From: Octopus bimaculoides
Lineage: Eukaryota
Direction: 5' to 3'
NCBI RefSeq assembly: GCF_001194135.2
Contig: NC_068981.1
Location: 129,122,202 to 129,186,201 of the forward strand
DNA: 64,000 bases
Position 1 is the first letter of the stretch, and each line of letters begins with the position of its first letter. This document shows positions 25,792 to 36,313 of this stretch, in pieces. Both the position numbers and the translations under genes were made by a program. The notes below the pieces were generated by a model. The model worked only from the letters and a program-made list of their open reading frames with translations, had not been told where the DNA came from and did not search any database.

Positions 25792-26557
25792 GCGTATGTA
25801 CACTTTGGTCTCTTATATGTAAGTATATATTTATCTAAATCTTGTACGACTCTATTCTTTCACTCTTTCCTTCTTTCTATCAGCCCTTTTACATTTACTT
25901 TGTTCATTCCACTCTTCATTCTTTTGTTCCCCACCTCTCACATTTCATTGCCTTCCCTTCATGCTCACTTTCCCTCCTCTTTTCACTTCACTGTCCCTGT
26001 CATTTTTTCTCGCCCCTCCTTATTTCTTCTGTCCCTCTGCCTCTACCTCTCTCTCTTCTCTCCCCACATGACCGGTGTTCAGCCAAGTCTGACCTTTTTC
26101 TTGGTTCGGCCGCTGTCCGTGCAACATCTATATTCTTCTCTGTGCCTGTGAAATCTTGTATCCCTGCCGTAAGGCTTTATTTCCACACACGCCAGCTTAA
26201 TTTAATTCGTCCTTAGTCGAAAGACACCTGTTGTTATGTCCTGTTATTTGTATTTGTGTAGCATTCTCCATTTTTTTCCCGTCTTTGTTTTTGTATACAT
26301 TCACTGCTTTCTTCCAAGGAATTTAATGCTCTTAGCTTAGTTTTTCTTTGGGGCTGGCCAGATTGGAGCAATCTTCAGTATAACCAGCCGAAATTGCAAA
26401 GATAATCTGGAACTCGACTGAGGAAAGAAAACTCAGAATGACTCATCCTTGTTTTCTTTGTATCGTCTATCTGGATGTTTTGTTGTCCCTTTCTTGTATC
26501 ACCTAACTGTCTGGATGTTTTGTGTTCTTGTCCCGGCGTACGTACACTTTGGTCTCT
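25644..26557. repeat. Unit bounded by about 125-bp direct repeats (25644-25813 with an (AT)n insertion; 26432-26557)
   Basis: tccttgttttctttgtat.gtctatctggatgtttt...gttcttgtccc and ggcgta.gtacactttggtctct both occur twice. Confidence 0.75.
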
Positions 26558-28356
26558 ACATATGAATATATATGTATATATGTATGTATAACAGGAAAAC
26601 CCAGGAAGATGTGGGATGAAGTGGTGAGAAGTGACCTTCAGATGTTGAGCCTCACAGAGGACATGACAAAAGATTGAGACAACTGGCAATTAGCAAAGTA
26701 AAATCCATATCTATGCCCCCATTCCCTTCCCACAACCCACCTATGCTCACTACTGCTGTTTTCCCCTTCCCTTCATATCAACCTACCTACCTGCACACAG
26801 TATGTCCCCATTAAATATCTTCCGCTCTCTACTAGTGTCCACTCATTACATCCCCGCACCTCTAGCTCTCACCAGCCTTTTGAAATCTTGTGAACTCACC
26901 AACCTACTCACCTTCTCCAATTCTCAGTCCTCTCACTATATGCCCCACCCTGTATGACCCCTGACCCCTCCCAGTCACATCTTCACCATCTTTCTCTCCT
27001 CCCTCCATCTCAGGTAGCCGTATTTCTCTTCTGATGCAAGACAGCTCTTCTGTCCCTCAATACTGCTCCTCACACAAGTTGAGAAGTCATAAGTTATTTG
27101 ATGACCTCACAGCTGCTGGTGCCACATAAAAAGCACCTACACCCTGTAAAGCGCTTAGCATTAGGAAGGGCAGTCAGTTGTAGAAATAATGTTACAGCAG
27201 ACAGCAGAGCTTGGTGCAGTCTTCTGAAAAGTCAGTTCCCGTCAAATCGTCCTACCCATGCCAGCATGGAAAACGGGCGTTAAATGAGGATAATGATGAC
27301 GACGACGACCACGGTGTGTGTGTGTGTGCGTGTGTGCGATGATGATGAGGATAGTGCTCCCCAAACAGAATTACTACTTAATTTTTTTCTATGAGAGATG
27401 TAATTGAACACAGTAGGTTACCAGATCACTAGTGGAAAGAGCCACAGTTCAAAACAGTGTCATGGCGCCGTGTCTGTGTGAACACTTTCAATGCTTGTAA
27501 ATATGTATCATATGATCAAACATTTGATTGTTGCGTAAACTGACGAGTAGGGACTGACCTTTAATTAAAAGCATTTCAGGCACGACCATTCTTGCACCCT
27601 TGGAATGGTGTAACACGTACTAAGTAATCCCATGTGACTTTTTTTTAAGACAATAGGGTAAGATTTGTTTACTGTTTCAAACAGACCGAACGAATACGGA
27701 GAGGCTCGCTCGTTATTGTTTAGCGTGTCAAACTATTGAGCAGTTATGGTAAATAGCATTCCTGATATAAACACTCCGTCTTTTTATGGGCATATCTGAC
27801 TACATTATCCAATATGTCCTTAATGCGACAGGGTGTAATTTGAAAGAGATTTGGTTGCTATTTCTAGTAGGTCAGTTGACCCCTTAAGAGACATCCAGTT
27901 GGCTTCTCAGGGTCTTGTTAAAATCCCCGTGAGTATGACACCTTTTTTTTAAGATGAAGAGAGCTAACTCAATTTCATCAGCTTTAGTGCTCTCTAGCAG
28001 CGAACACAAAATGAATCATGAAATTGAGTCAATTGTCCAATAACTTACTCACCTGACCATTTCACTTCTCTCTATATAAATCAATTTCTTATATGGATTC
28101 AGATTTGTAGAAGGGAATGTTTTTATCAAGGGCATGAGTGGAGTGGGAATTGAAACCAGCTCGCTAAATGACTACCAATGCATAAACAAATGTGGGTGGT
28201 GTGTCAAAGTGTATAATGCGTTTTAGATTATTCTTAGTCTATTTATTTTTCATAATCCGTATATTAAATTCTATCTCCATCACATTCGTTTTAATATATG
28301 GGTGTATTAGTAACCGGGAAATTATATGAATCATACGACAGCTGGTTGTTACTAAC

Positions 28357-28388
28357 GCGGAAGTGACGTAAAATTGGCATCACGTGAC
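28357..28388 (+). promoter_or_regulatory. Putative core promoter of the RILP-like gene: ETS-CRE composite, reverse CCAAT box, CLEAR-like E-box
   Basis: GCGGAAGTGACGTAA at 28357-28371, ATTGG at 28373-28377 and ATCACGTGAC at 28379-28388. The cluster is locally CpG-rich and lies about 340 bp upstream of the ATG. Confidence 0.65.
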
Positions 28389-28724
28389 ATTTGCTGGGTG
28401 ACGGGACATTGAATAAAGAGAGAAGAAGAGAGGAAAGAATTAATGATGGTAAGAGGAGAAGGAGTCAAAGGAGGAAGATTAAATGAAACTATGGAGATCG
28501 AAGATTAAATTGTGCCGAAGTGAAGCGAAGAAAAGTTGTCGCTAAAACTGTCAAGAGGGAACATCCTCCCTCTTACTCTCGTCAATAGTGCTACTGTATC
28601 GAATCAGGTTTTCCAAGTCTGACATTAGCTTGTTTTTATATATAATTCTCGCAAAGGGCTCCTACTGTATACCACGACTCGATTTAGGGTGGTGGTATAC
28701 AGGCCCAAATATTTTGTCAATTAG

Positions 28725-29069
28725 ATGGATTCCTGTTTAATTGAAACCATTCGGAGAGTTAGAATGAACGACGAACATTTCCTGATGTCTAGCGAGTCCA
28801 GTATTGAAAATAGCTATGGTATCTCCGTTGCAGACGTTTATGACCAGGCATCAGGCATTGGCAAAGAACTTGAAAAGTTGATAGACTGCTATGGATCAGA
28901 AGCGATCACAGGGCTTATGCACAAAGTCGTGCGATCCCTTGAGCTTTTGGAAGCCCTAGCCATTCGTTATGAACAGGAAAACAATGAAATAGGAGACCTT
29001 AAATACACTATTTCAAGGTTAGAAGCCGAAAAACTTGAAAAAGCTCAGGAGAGGGCCAGGTACGAACGG
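28725..29069 (+). CDS. RILPL1: RILP-like protein homolog (RH1 domain), first coding exon
   Basis: Reads ...ISVADVYDQASGIGKELEKLIDCYGSEAITGLMHKVVRSLELLEALA...LEAEKLEKAQERARYER, matching the RH1 consensus of RILPL1 (TVMDVYDIASLVGHEFERVIDQHGCEAIARLMPKVVRVLE). Phase-0 donor cgg|gtgagt at 29070. The start is ambiguous (ATG 28725, 28764 or 28785). The symbol denotes the invertebrate RILP/RILPL homolog. Confidence 0.9.
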
Positions 29070-29519
29070 GTGAGTGTTGACGCTTATTATTTATAAAATT
29101 AATAATCAAGATCCCTCTGATTATGTAAACAAATTGCAAAACCTTATAATTAAAAAAATAGTAAAGCGAAAGGTTCCCCCCCCCCCTGTTCATCTGGTTG
29201 ATTATGTTTTCATTTCTCTAACGTGATTGTTTACATTTGTTGTGTATGATACTGACTTCTCAACTTCGTGTCGTCTTAAATGTTTCATAATAATCTGTAA
29301 CCTGGCAGCAGCTAGGACAACCACTGTGGATGTCTGTGAAAGTCAGGGGTATCTAGGATAATTATACAAGTCAGACAACTTCTCTATTATCAAGTCCATT
29401 TCAATATAAATCCTCCTTTTTATTCTCTCTCTCTCTCTCTCTCAGTCAACATCTATAGCACTAAATAGAGTAACCTCTGTTTTAAAAAAAATCAGTTAAT
29501 CAATTTTACAAAATTGCAA

Positions 29520-29553
29520 CAAAGTTGATTTTGGATATCCAAAATCAACTTTG
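29520..29553. repeat. Perfect 34-bp palindrome
   Basis: caaagttgattttggat|atccaaaatcaactttg. Confidence 0.95.
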
Positions 29554-30169
29554 GTTCCCCGCCAACTGTATCAGACGGAAATATCTGCCCATATTGTTTC
29601 AATCCAATATGCCTTTCTCAGAATAATTTTGCTGTCGGAACGACATTCGTTTCCATGACGCGTGCACAAGCCCACACTCAGATACACACACATACAGAGA
29701 CATATTCGTGTGTGTACACACACACATACGATACTTCTGATGTATATAATTATATGATTGTGTCTGCTATTAAAACTGAAAATATATTCTTAATCAAGTC
29801 CAGTTCGTGGTCGCTAAATGTTTTCCATTCTTTGCTGCTTAGTTTCACCCCTTCTTTTTATCGTGTTTGCTATAGCTGACGACAAATTATTTCTTGTGTT
29901 AATTAACATTTATAGTTCATTTATCAAGGTGAATGGGATGTAACCGATTTGTTTCTTCAGTTCCGCTCTTTACCTGCACATTTTCTGTTCATCTGTCTGT
30001 CAAATGCGATGTCTCTTGCATACTGCCAACAATTTCAACACCCGTCTGATTTTATTTAATTTTCTATATATACATTCAGTTACTTTTTTTGTGATGTCAT
30101 TATTATGCTAATATTACTGTAGTGTTACATGCGTTTTACATGCCGATTAAAACTAAAGGTGGCTCCTAA

Positions 30170-31150
30170 TCCAATGTCAGAATTTGGTTATTCGGTTGAA
30201 AACATCTTAAGAACGTAAAGCATCGCGACTACTGTTGTACTTGCATAAACTTTGTACGATACAACACTGGCATCACCGGTTAACAACAAGGTACTTCAAC
30301 GCGATGACCCAAATAGACAGAGGTTTAGCTGCGATGCTTTCCTGCTACAGCAAGAACAAAAAAAAAAAAAAAGAAAGAAAGAAATCATTTGGACACGGTT
30401 GACAAGGAACAAAACATGGATTTAGTTTAATCAAAGGCTGGTATGATCGTCACCAGAAAAGTTTCTGTAATGGCAAATCCTCTGGAAGTTAAAGAAATGA
30501 ATTTACTCTACAAATTCTAGCAATATGAAGAAATCCCTGAGATTGTTATTAATTCGTTCCCAAAAGAAATTAATCGTTACTGAAAGAGTCAGATTCTTAT
30601 CACAGCCTCAAAAATCTGTCCAAAATAATTCAAAGTTGTCTGAGATTACGTGAGTCAGCTCGTTTTTGTGCATTGCAAAAAGAAAATGGAACTTAAGGAC
30701 ATACTGCAGAAGATAGTTGGAATCAAATGAGGACATTGATGACAGGCAATCATTTGAACATTGTATTAAAAGCTTTAGAATATCTTTATTTAAGTGAAGT
30801 GAAGCTTAGTGCATACATTGAAGTCATTCAACAGCTTGAAATAATTTCTATATTTCAGATGATCGACAAAAAAAAATAAATAAGTAAAGTGACTTTGATG
30901 ATTTCAGTCATGGTGTCATGGTGATAGAAACAAGTATAAATCTTGTCCAAAATGTTGATTTTGGGGATATAAGTATGTATCATCAAAAGGTTTTTAGCAA
31001 ATGCCTAAAAAGAACCACTTTCAGACAATAAATCTACTAAATTATTGAGGAAATTGAAAAAATTGAAAATGAAGATTCTACAAGTGTTTGTGAAATTGGC
31101 TTAAAAATTTCTACAGTGACCAGTTTATTTGAAGATGCAAATTAACACTG
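30170..31150 (+). pseudogene. Possible heavily decayed DNA-transposase remnant (hAT-like?)
   Basis: Interrupted protein-like frames such as KVSVMANPLEVKEMNLLYKF*QYEEIPEIVINSFPKEI and RFCALQKENGT*GHTAEDSW, faintly like hAT RLF..LC.EMG..HTEVRW. No TIRs were identified. Confidence 0.2.
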
Positions 31151-31440
31151 TCATTCAGGTAACAATAATACCTCAAACCATGACAAGGTGGTGGGAGAGC
31201 AGTCTCCCCATCAAGGAACAGGTGTGGAGGGGTGCAAAATTTTCTCTTGTTTCTCATACCTGTTAAATTGGACAGAGATGCAAAATTAACCTCACCCTCA
31301 GGTACTGAGATCCTAGTTATGCCACTACTCAGAAATTCTTGATTGATTTGAATAAATCAAAATTAAAGTAATCTGTAAAGTAATCTTTTAAAGTTAGCAT
31401 GTTCCTTTACAAGATGTTGTATCCATTCATAATTTGGACA

Positions 31441-31671
31441 CCATTTCGAGCATGGTCATTGCCAGTACCGCTTGACTGGCCTTCGTGCCGGTGGCACGTA
31501 AAAGCACCCACTACACTCTCGGAGTGGTTGGCGTTAGGAAGGGCATCCAGCTGTAGAAACTCTGCCAAATCAGATTGGAGCCTGGTGTAGCCACCTGGTT
31601 CACCAGTCCTCAGTCAAATCGTCCAACCCATGCTAGCATGGAAAGCGGACGCTAAACGACGACGACGACGA
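31441..31671 (+). mobile_element. RTE 3' UTR-only insertion with (GAC)n tail
   Basis: Nearly identical to 33029-33200 and 24600-24800. Confidence 0.85.
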
Positions 31672-32579
31672 GATCTGGAGTGCACCTAACATTTGATTCC
31701 TTATGTATTAGATCTGGACTTTGATTTCTGAGGTGTATTTGAGGTTCCGATTCTATATTTGAAATCTCAAAATGGAATCATTTTGCCATATCAGCTCTAA
31801 TTAAATAATGATCTACAATTGTGATACAAAAATGATCATCATCATTGTTGCTTTAACATCCATTTTCTCATGTTTTCATGGGTCAGACAGAATTTATAGA
31901 AGCAGATTTTTCATAGCTGGATGCCTTTCTTGTCACCAATCCTCACCTGTTTCCTAGTAAGGTAATATTTCTCTGTGATGAGATATATTTTCAGGAAAGA
32001 TTTGAAAAAAGACACCACTTGCATGTTAGTGACACTCACTTATAACTACCATGTGTCAAGGCAAGGAGACAGTAACACACACATATATATATATATTACA
32101 GGCTTCCAAATCCACTCATAAGACTTTGGTTGACCTGGGACTTGTCTAAGGTGCCATGCAGTGGGAGTGAACCCAAAACTATGTGGTTGGAAAGCAAACT
32201 TCTTACCACACAGCCATGCCTATGACTATAAAAATATATTACAAAAATAATAATGCTATTAATATATTAAAATGACCATATGTTAATAAATCAGTTTATT
32301 ACAGAATGGAAATTTTACAGTGCACTGTGTTAGAATCTTTAGTGATTCAAAAGTAAACATAAAATTGTCATTCAACCCACAAGAAGCTTCTTTTATAAGA
32401 ATTTTTGAGTGATGTTTACCATGACAGTCACATTGAAGGTTTCTGTAGTAATGTTTTATAATGTGTGTATCTCACTTCCTCTGGTACTCATCCATTGCTT
32501 TTACACCTTAATGAAATCTTTTTCCTTGCTTTCATTTATATCACCAAGCCTTTCTAGAATGCTAAGTGATAGTGGAGTA

Positions 32580-32797
32580 CAGTAATCCCTCAACTATCGT
32601 GGATGTTATGTTCCAAAACCACCCCGTGATAGGTGGAAATCTACAAAGTAGAAACAGTACTGTATATTTTAAAAATTATTTTTATAATTTGTATATATTT
32701 ATTTCATTATATATGCAAAACAACACCACGGAGGAATCGATGTAAGCTTAGATAATAAACCGCGATAAGTGAACCACGATATGGTGAGGGATTACTG
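32580..32797. mobile_element. Tigger-like (TcMar) MITE
   Basis: TA|cagtaatccctca ... tgagggattactg|TA, a perfect 13-bp TIR. Confidence 0.85.
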
Positions 32798-33028
32798 TAA
32801 ATGGACATTGAATTAAACACAGCAAGCACTATACCTTCAGAGAGCAGTTGAGTATGTTATTGAAAATGAGATTGATAGTTTATAAAGATGATTATGTATT
32901 AGTACTAAAGCTATTGAAAGACTACATATCAAGGTAAATAAGACCAAAGAAAGGTTGAAATTATCAGTTATGGTTATCAATTGAACTAAGTCTGGTGGAA
33001 ACTAAAGTAATTGTCATTTTGGGAATAT

Positions 33029-33200
33029 AAAAACACCCACTACACTCGCTGAGTGGTTGGCGTTAGGAAGGGCATCCAGCTGTAGAAACTCTGCCAAATC
33101 AGATTGGAGCCTGGTGTAGCCATCTGGTTTCACCAGTCCTCAGTCAAATCGTCCAACCCATGCTAGCATGGAAAGCGGACGTTAAACGACGACAACGACA
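33029..33200 (+). mobile_element. RTE 3' UTR-only insertion
   Basis: cacccactacactcgctgagtggttggcgttaggaagggcatcc...cgttaaacgacgac. Confidence 0.85.
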
Positions 33201-34449
33201 CTAGCAAAGGTGGATATGTCACCAAATAATATTTTGGTAACAAGAATTATGGATGTAAAACCACCAAAGGATAAAATGCACTTAGAATCTTTCTCTGGAC
33301 TTGTCAGTTTCTATTGATAGTGAATAAAATGCAGAATACAGTCTCAAGCTTTGAATGATATTTCAGGCTCATTGAAATAAAGATTGTGATTTGATAATCG
33401 ATGCAGGAATCAGCATTGCAAATAGTATTGGTTGCTCTTTGAATAACTGTTTCTAATTTAGGCACAAGGCCTGCAATTTTAAGAGGAGGAGTTAGATGAT
33501 GCCATTGACCCCTGCTTGGTACATTATTTTATCAGTCTCAAAAGGATGCAAGGCAAAGCTGACCTTGGTAGGATTTGAACTCAGAACACAGCAAGCCAGA
33601 AGGAATACTGCAAAGCGTTTTGTCCAACACTATTGTTTCTGCCAGTTTAGTTTCAAATTTTTGCACTGGGCCAGCAGTTTTTGAGGGGAGGAGTAAGTCA
33701 ATTACATCGTCCCCAGTGTTCAACTGTTACTTAATTTTATTGATCCCCCAAAATTGAAAAGCAAAGTTGACTCAGTGGAATTTGAACTCAGAACGTATAA
33801 ACAAATGAAATGCCACTAAGCATTTTGTTTGGCATACTAAAAATTCTGCCAGCTCATCACCTTACTTTTCTTGAATAATGAAAGGAACTAAACCAATTTG
33901 CTTCTGGAAAATTGTTATGCTAATAGCTACATGCATTTTACATGCTGATTAACTATGTATGATAGCAATCAGTTCAATGTCAGAGTTTGACCATTCAGTT
34001 AATTTGATGTAAAATTATAAATAACTGCTCAAACATAGTACAATATGACACTTATATTTGAAACCACTTGCTTGAGATTGCTTTAGGTGAAACTGATTTA
34101 TATTTTGTATTTAGTGATTTACAGCCCATTATATTACATCAGTACTGAGTTATTTTATGGATCTTTAAGAAAGAAATTCAGGTTATTTGAAAATAAAGCT
34201 ATTTCAATTTTAGTTATAGTGGAAGTATTAATGTATATAGAATAAAAGAAATATAAAATCCTGACACAGCTAATAATATTACTAGTGACAGAATAGGTAA
34301 AACCCAGGTCAAATTGTATTATATCACATCCTTATTACATTTTGCTAACGTTACTTCTTTTTCTTTTATACAGTTCTATATTTAAGAGATGAGGAATTAT
34401 TTACATTATCTACATTTGACGGATATTCGTCCTCATCTTGTTTGTTGTT

Positions 34450-34495
34450 AACACAACGTTTCGGCTGATATACTCTCCAGCCTTCGTCAGGTGTC
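34450..34495 (-). ncRNA. Minimal type-I hammerhead ribozyme motif (mirror copy)
   Basis: Exact reverse complement of 34751-34796. Confidence 0.7.
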
Positions 34496-34565
34496 TTGGG
34501 GAAATTTCGAACCTGGGTTCTCATTCCTATCGATGTTACTATTATTATTATATTATTATTATTAA

Positions 34566-34640
34566 TCAGGTCGCTGCCGTGAATCGAACTCGGAACCTTG
34601 GGGTTAGTAGCCCGCGCTCTTAACCACTACGCCATATGCC
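34566..34640 (-). other. tRNA-derived Pol III head (not a bona fide tRNA gene)
   Basis: The minus strand reads ggcatatggcgtagtggttaagagcgcgggctactaaccccaaggttccgagttcgattcacggcagcgacc, with A box TGGCGTAGTGG (34624-34634) and B box GTTCGATTC (34581-34589). The acceptor stem pairs poorly. Confidence 0.75.
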
Positions 34641-34750
34641 CGTGGGCAATTATGGGGTGAATTTTAAGGCTTATAAATCTATTATTTTTCTATCCTTCCT
34701 CAATACCGGTTCCCATATGCTATTCATACCCAGGTTCGAAATTTCCCCAA

Positions 34751-34796
34751 GACACCTGACGAAGGCTGGAGAGTATATCAGCCGAAACGTTGTGTT
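34751..34796 (+). ncRNA. Minimal type-I hammerhead ribozyme motif (sense to the RILP-like pre-mRNA)
   Basis: Stem I gacac/gtgtt, core CUGACGA(A), stem II ggctg(g)/(t)cagcc, GAAAC, GUU triplet, palindromic AACGUU helix III. Confidence 0.7.
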
Positions 34797-35289
34797 AACA
34801 ACAAACAAGATGAGGACGAATATCCGTCAAATGTAGATAATGTAAATAATTTTTCTTTTATGTTTCTGCTTTTTAAATTGTAATTTAAACTTTACATTTT
34901 CCTGTATTACTTCAGCCAGCTCCTCAATCTACAATAATGATCTACATGATGGAAACTAAAGATTATGTGATTTACTACCTTAGCTTATTGTCATCTTTCT
35001 TGTTGATAGGCCACTGCTCATGTTCAGGTTACTAAAATAATGTTTTGTCTGTGTTACTAAAATAATGTCTTGTTTAACTTCTTTAATTTCTTCTTCCATC
35101 TCTCAAAGTTTTGCATGGTACAATATATATTACTTCATTCAGTCAATTTTGCTATAAAGTTAATACCACTATCATTAAGGTTGTATTTTGTTGTATAGAC
35201 ACACAATGTGAACTCTAAACTTTAGTATAATCTTAAGTTCATTTTATTCTAGAAGTTTGTCTTAATTTTACTGATGTTTTAGGTGCTGA

Positions 35290-35640
35290 GCATGGCTGTC
35301 TGTGTGGTAAGAAATTTGCTACCCAACTACTTGGTTCTGGGTTTAGTTCTACTGTATGGCACTTTAGGCAAGTGTTTTCTACTATACCCTGGTTCAACCA
35401 AAGCCTTGTGAGTGGATTTGGTAGACAAATATTGAAAGAAGCTCATCATACATACATGTATATGTGTGTGTTCATGTCTTTGTATCTGTGTTTGTCCTAC
35501 CACTGCTTGACAACTGGTGTTGGTGTGTTTATATCCCCATAACCTAGCAGTTAGGCTTAAAAATATAAAGTCCTGGGGTCAATTTGTTCGACTAACACCC
35601 TTGAAGGCAGTGAAATGACTGAAACAAGTAAAAGTAAAAG
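35290..35640 (+). mobile_element. SINE family B
   Basis: catggctgtctgtgtggtaagaaatttgc...ggcactttaggcaagtgttttctactata...gactgaaacaagtaaaag. Confidence 0.8.
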
Positions 35641-36058
35641 ATTACTTGCAAACAGGTGAGGGTTGATGACAGTAGTGGTATTTGGCCATAGAAAATCTGC
35701 CTTGACAGATCCCATCTAACCCATGTGAGCCTGGAAAAGTGGACATTAAAACAATGATGATGATGATTCCAAACCAATCATAGGTTCATTAATATATATC
35801 TTATCATCTTGTTTCAGCCCTATTCATTATTAAGAATAAGGTAGAATCTAAAATCCAAGAACTGGAGAGGAGCTGCATCAGCAACAATTATTCAGATTGA
35901 CAGTTGTGGAATGTTAATAAGTTTAAGTGTCATGCAAAGGAGAAAGTCTGATATTTTAGGCTTTTGTCCTTCAACAGAGAGTAGAAACAACTGAAACAAG
36001 TGTTCATCTGATTAGTTGTGATTCAATGTTCTTTTAATAATTGATATATCATCTAGTG

Positions 36059-36313
36059 CAGTGGTTCTCAACTATTTTTTTGCCTATGGACCTTTTTGAT
36101 TCCTATTTTATACTCTACTGGACCTACATAGCTATTCAATGTTTTTTAAAAAAATCCTGTTGTATTTTTATAATTAAATATTAGGAATTGTATAAGAAAA
36201 TTAAAATATTCTATGTACTGTAGAAGTATAACTAGTTTATTGCACATAAGTTTTAACAACAAAATCTTATATGGTCCCCCAAGTGTCATATGAATTCCAG
36301 TTGAGAACTACTA
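36059..36313. mobile_element. hAT (Charlie-like) MITE
   Basis: TIR cagtggttctcaac / gttgagaactacta. The 8-bp TSD atctagtg / atctggtg matches at 7 of 8 positions. Confidence 0.85.

Larger units (their letters stand above)
34395..34851. mobile_element. Non-autonomous Penelope-like element: inverted pseudo-LTR pair around a tRNA-like head
   Basis: Arms 34395-34518 and 34728-34851 are exact reverse complements (124 bp, checked base by base). Each carries the cctgacgaaggctgg...cagccgaaacgtt motif typical of PLE terminal repeats. Confidence 0.75.

Noticed and set aside
34566-34640. Possible tRNA-Ser(ACT)-like gene
   Set aside because: The acceptor stem does not pair, there is no long variable arm and no T-run terminator. 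It is treated as a SINE-type head.
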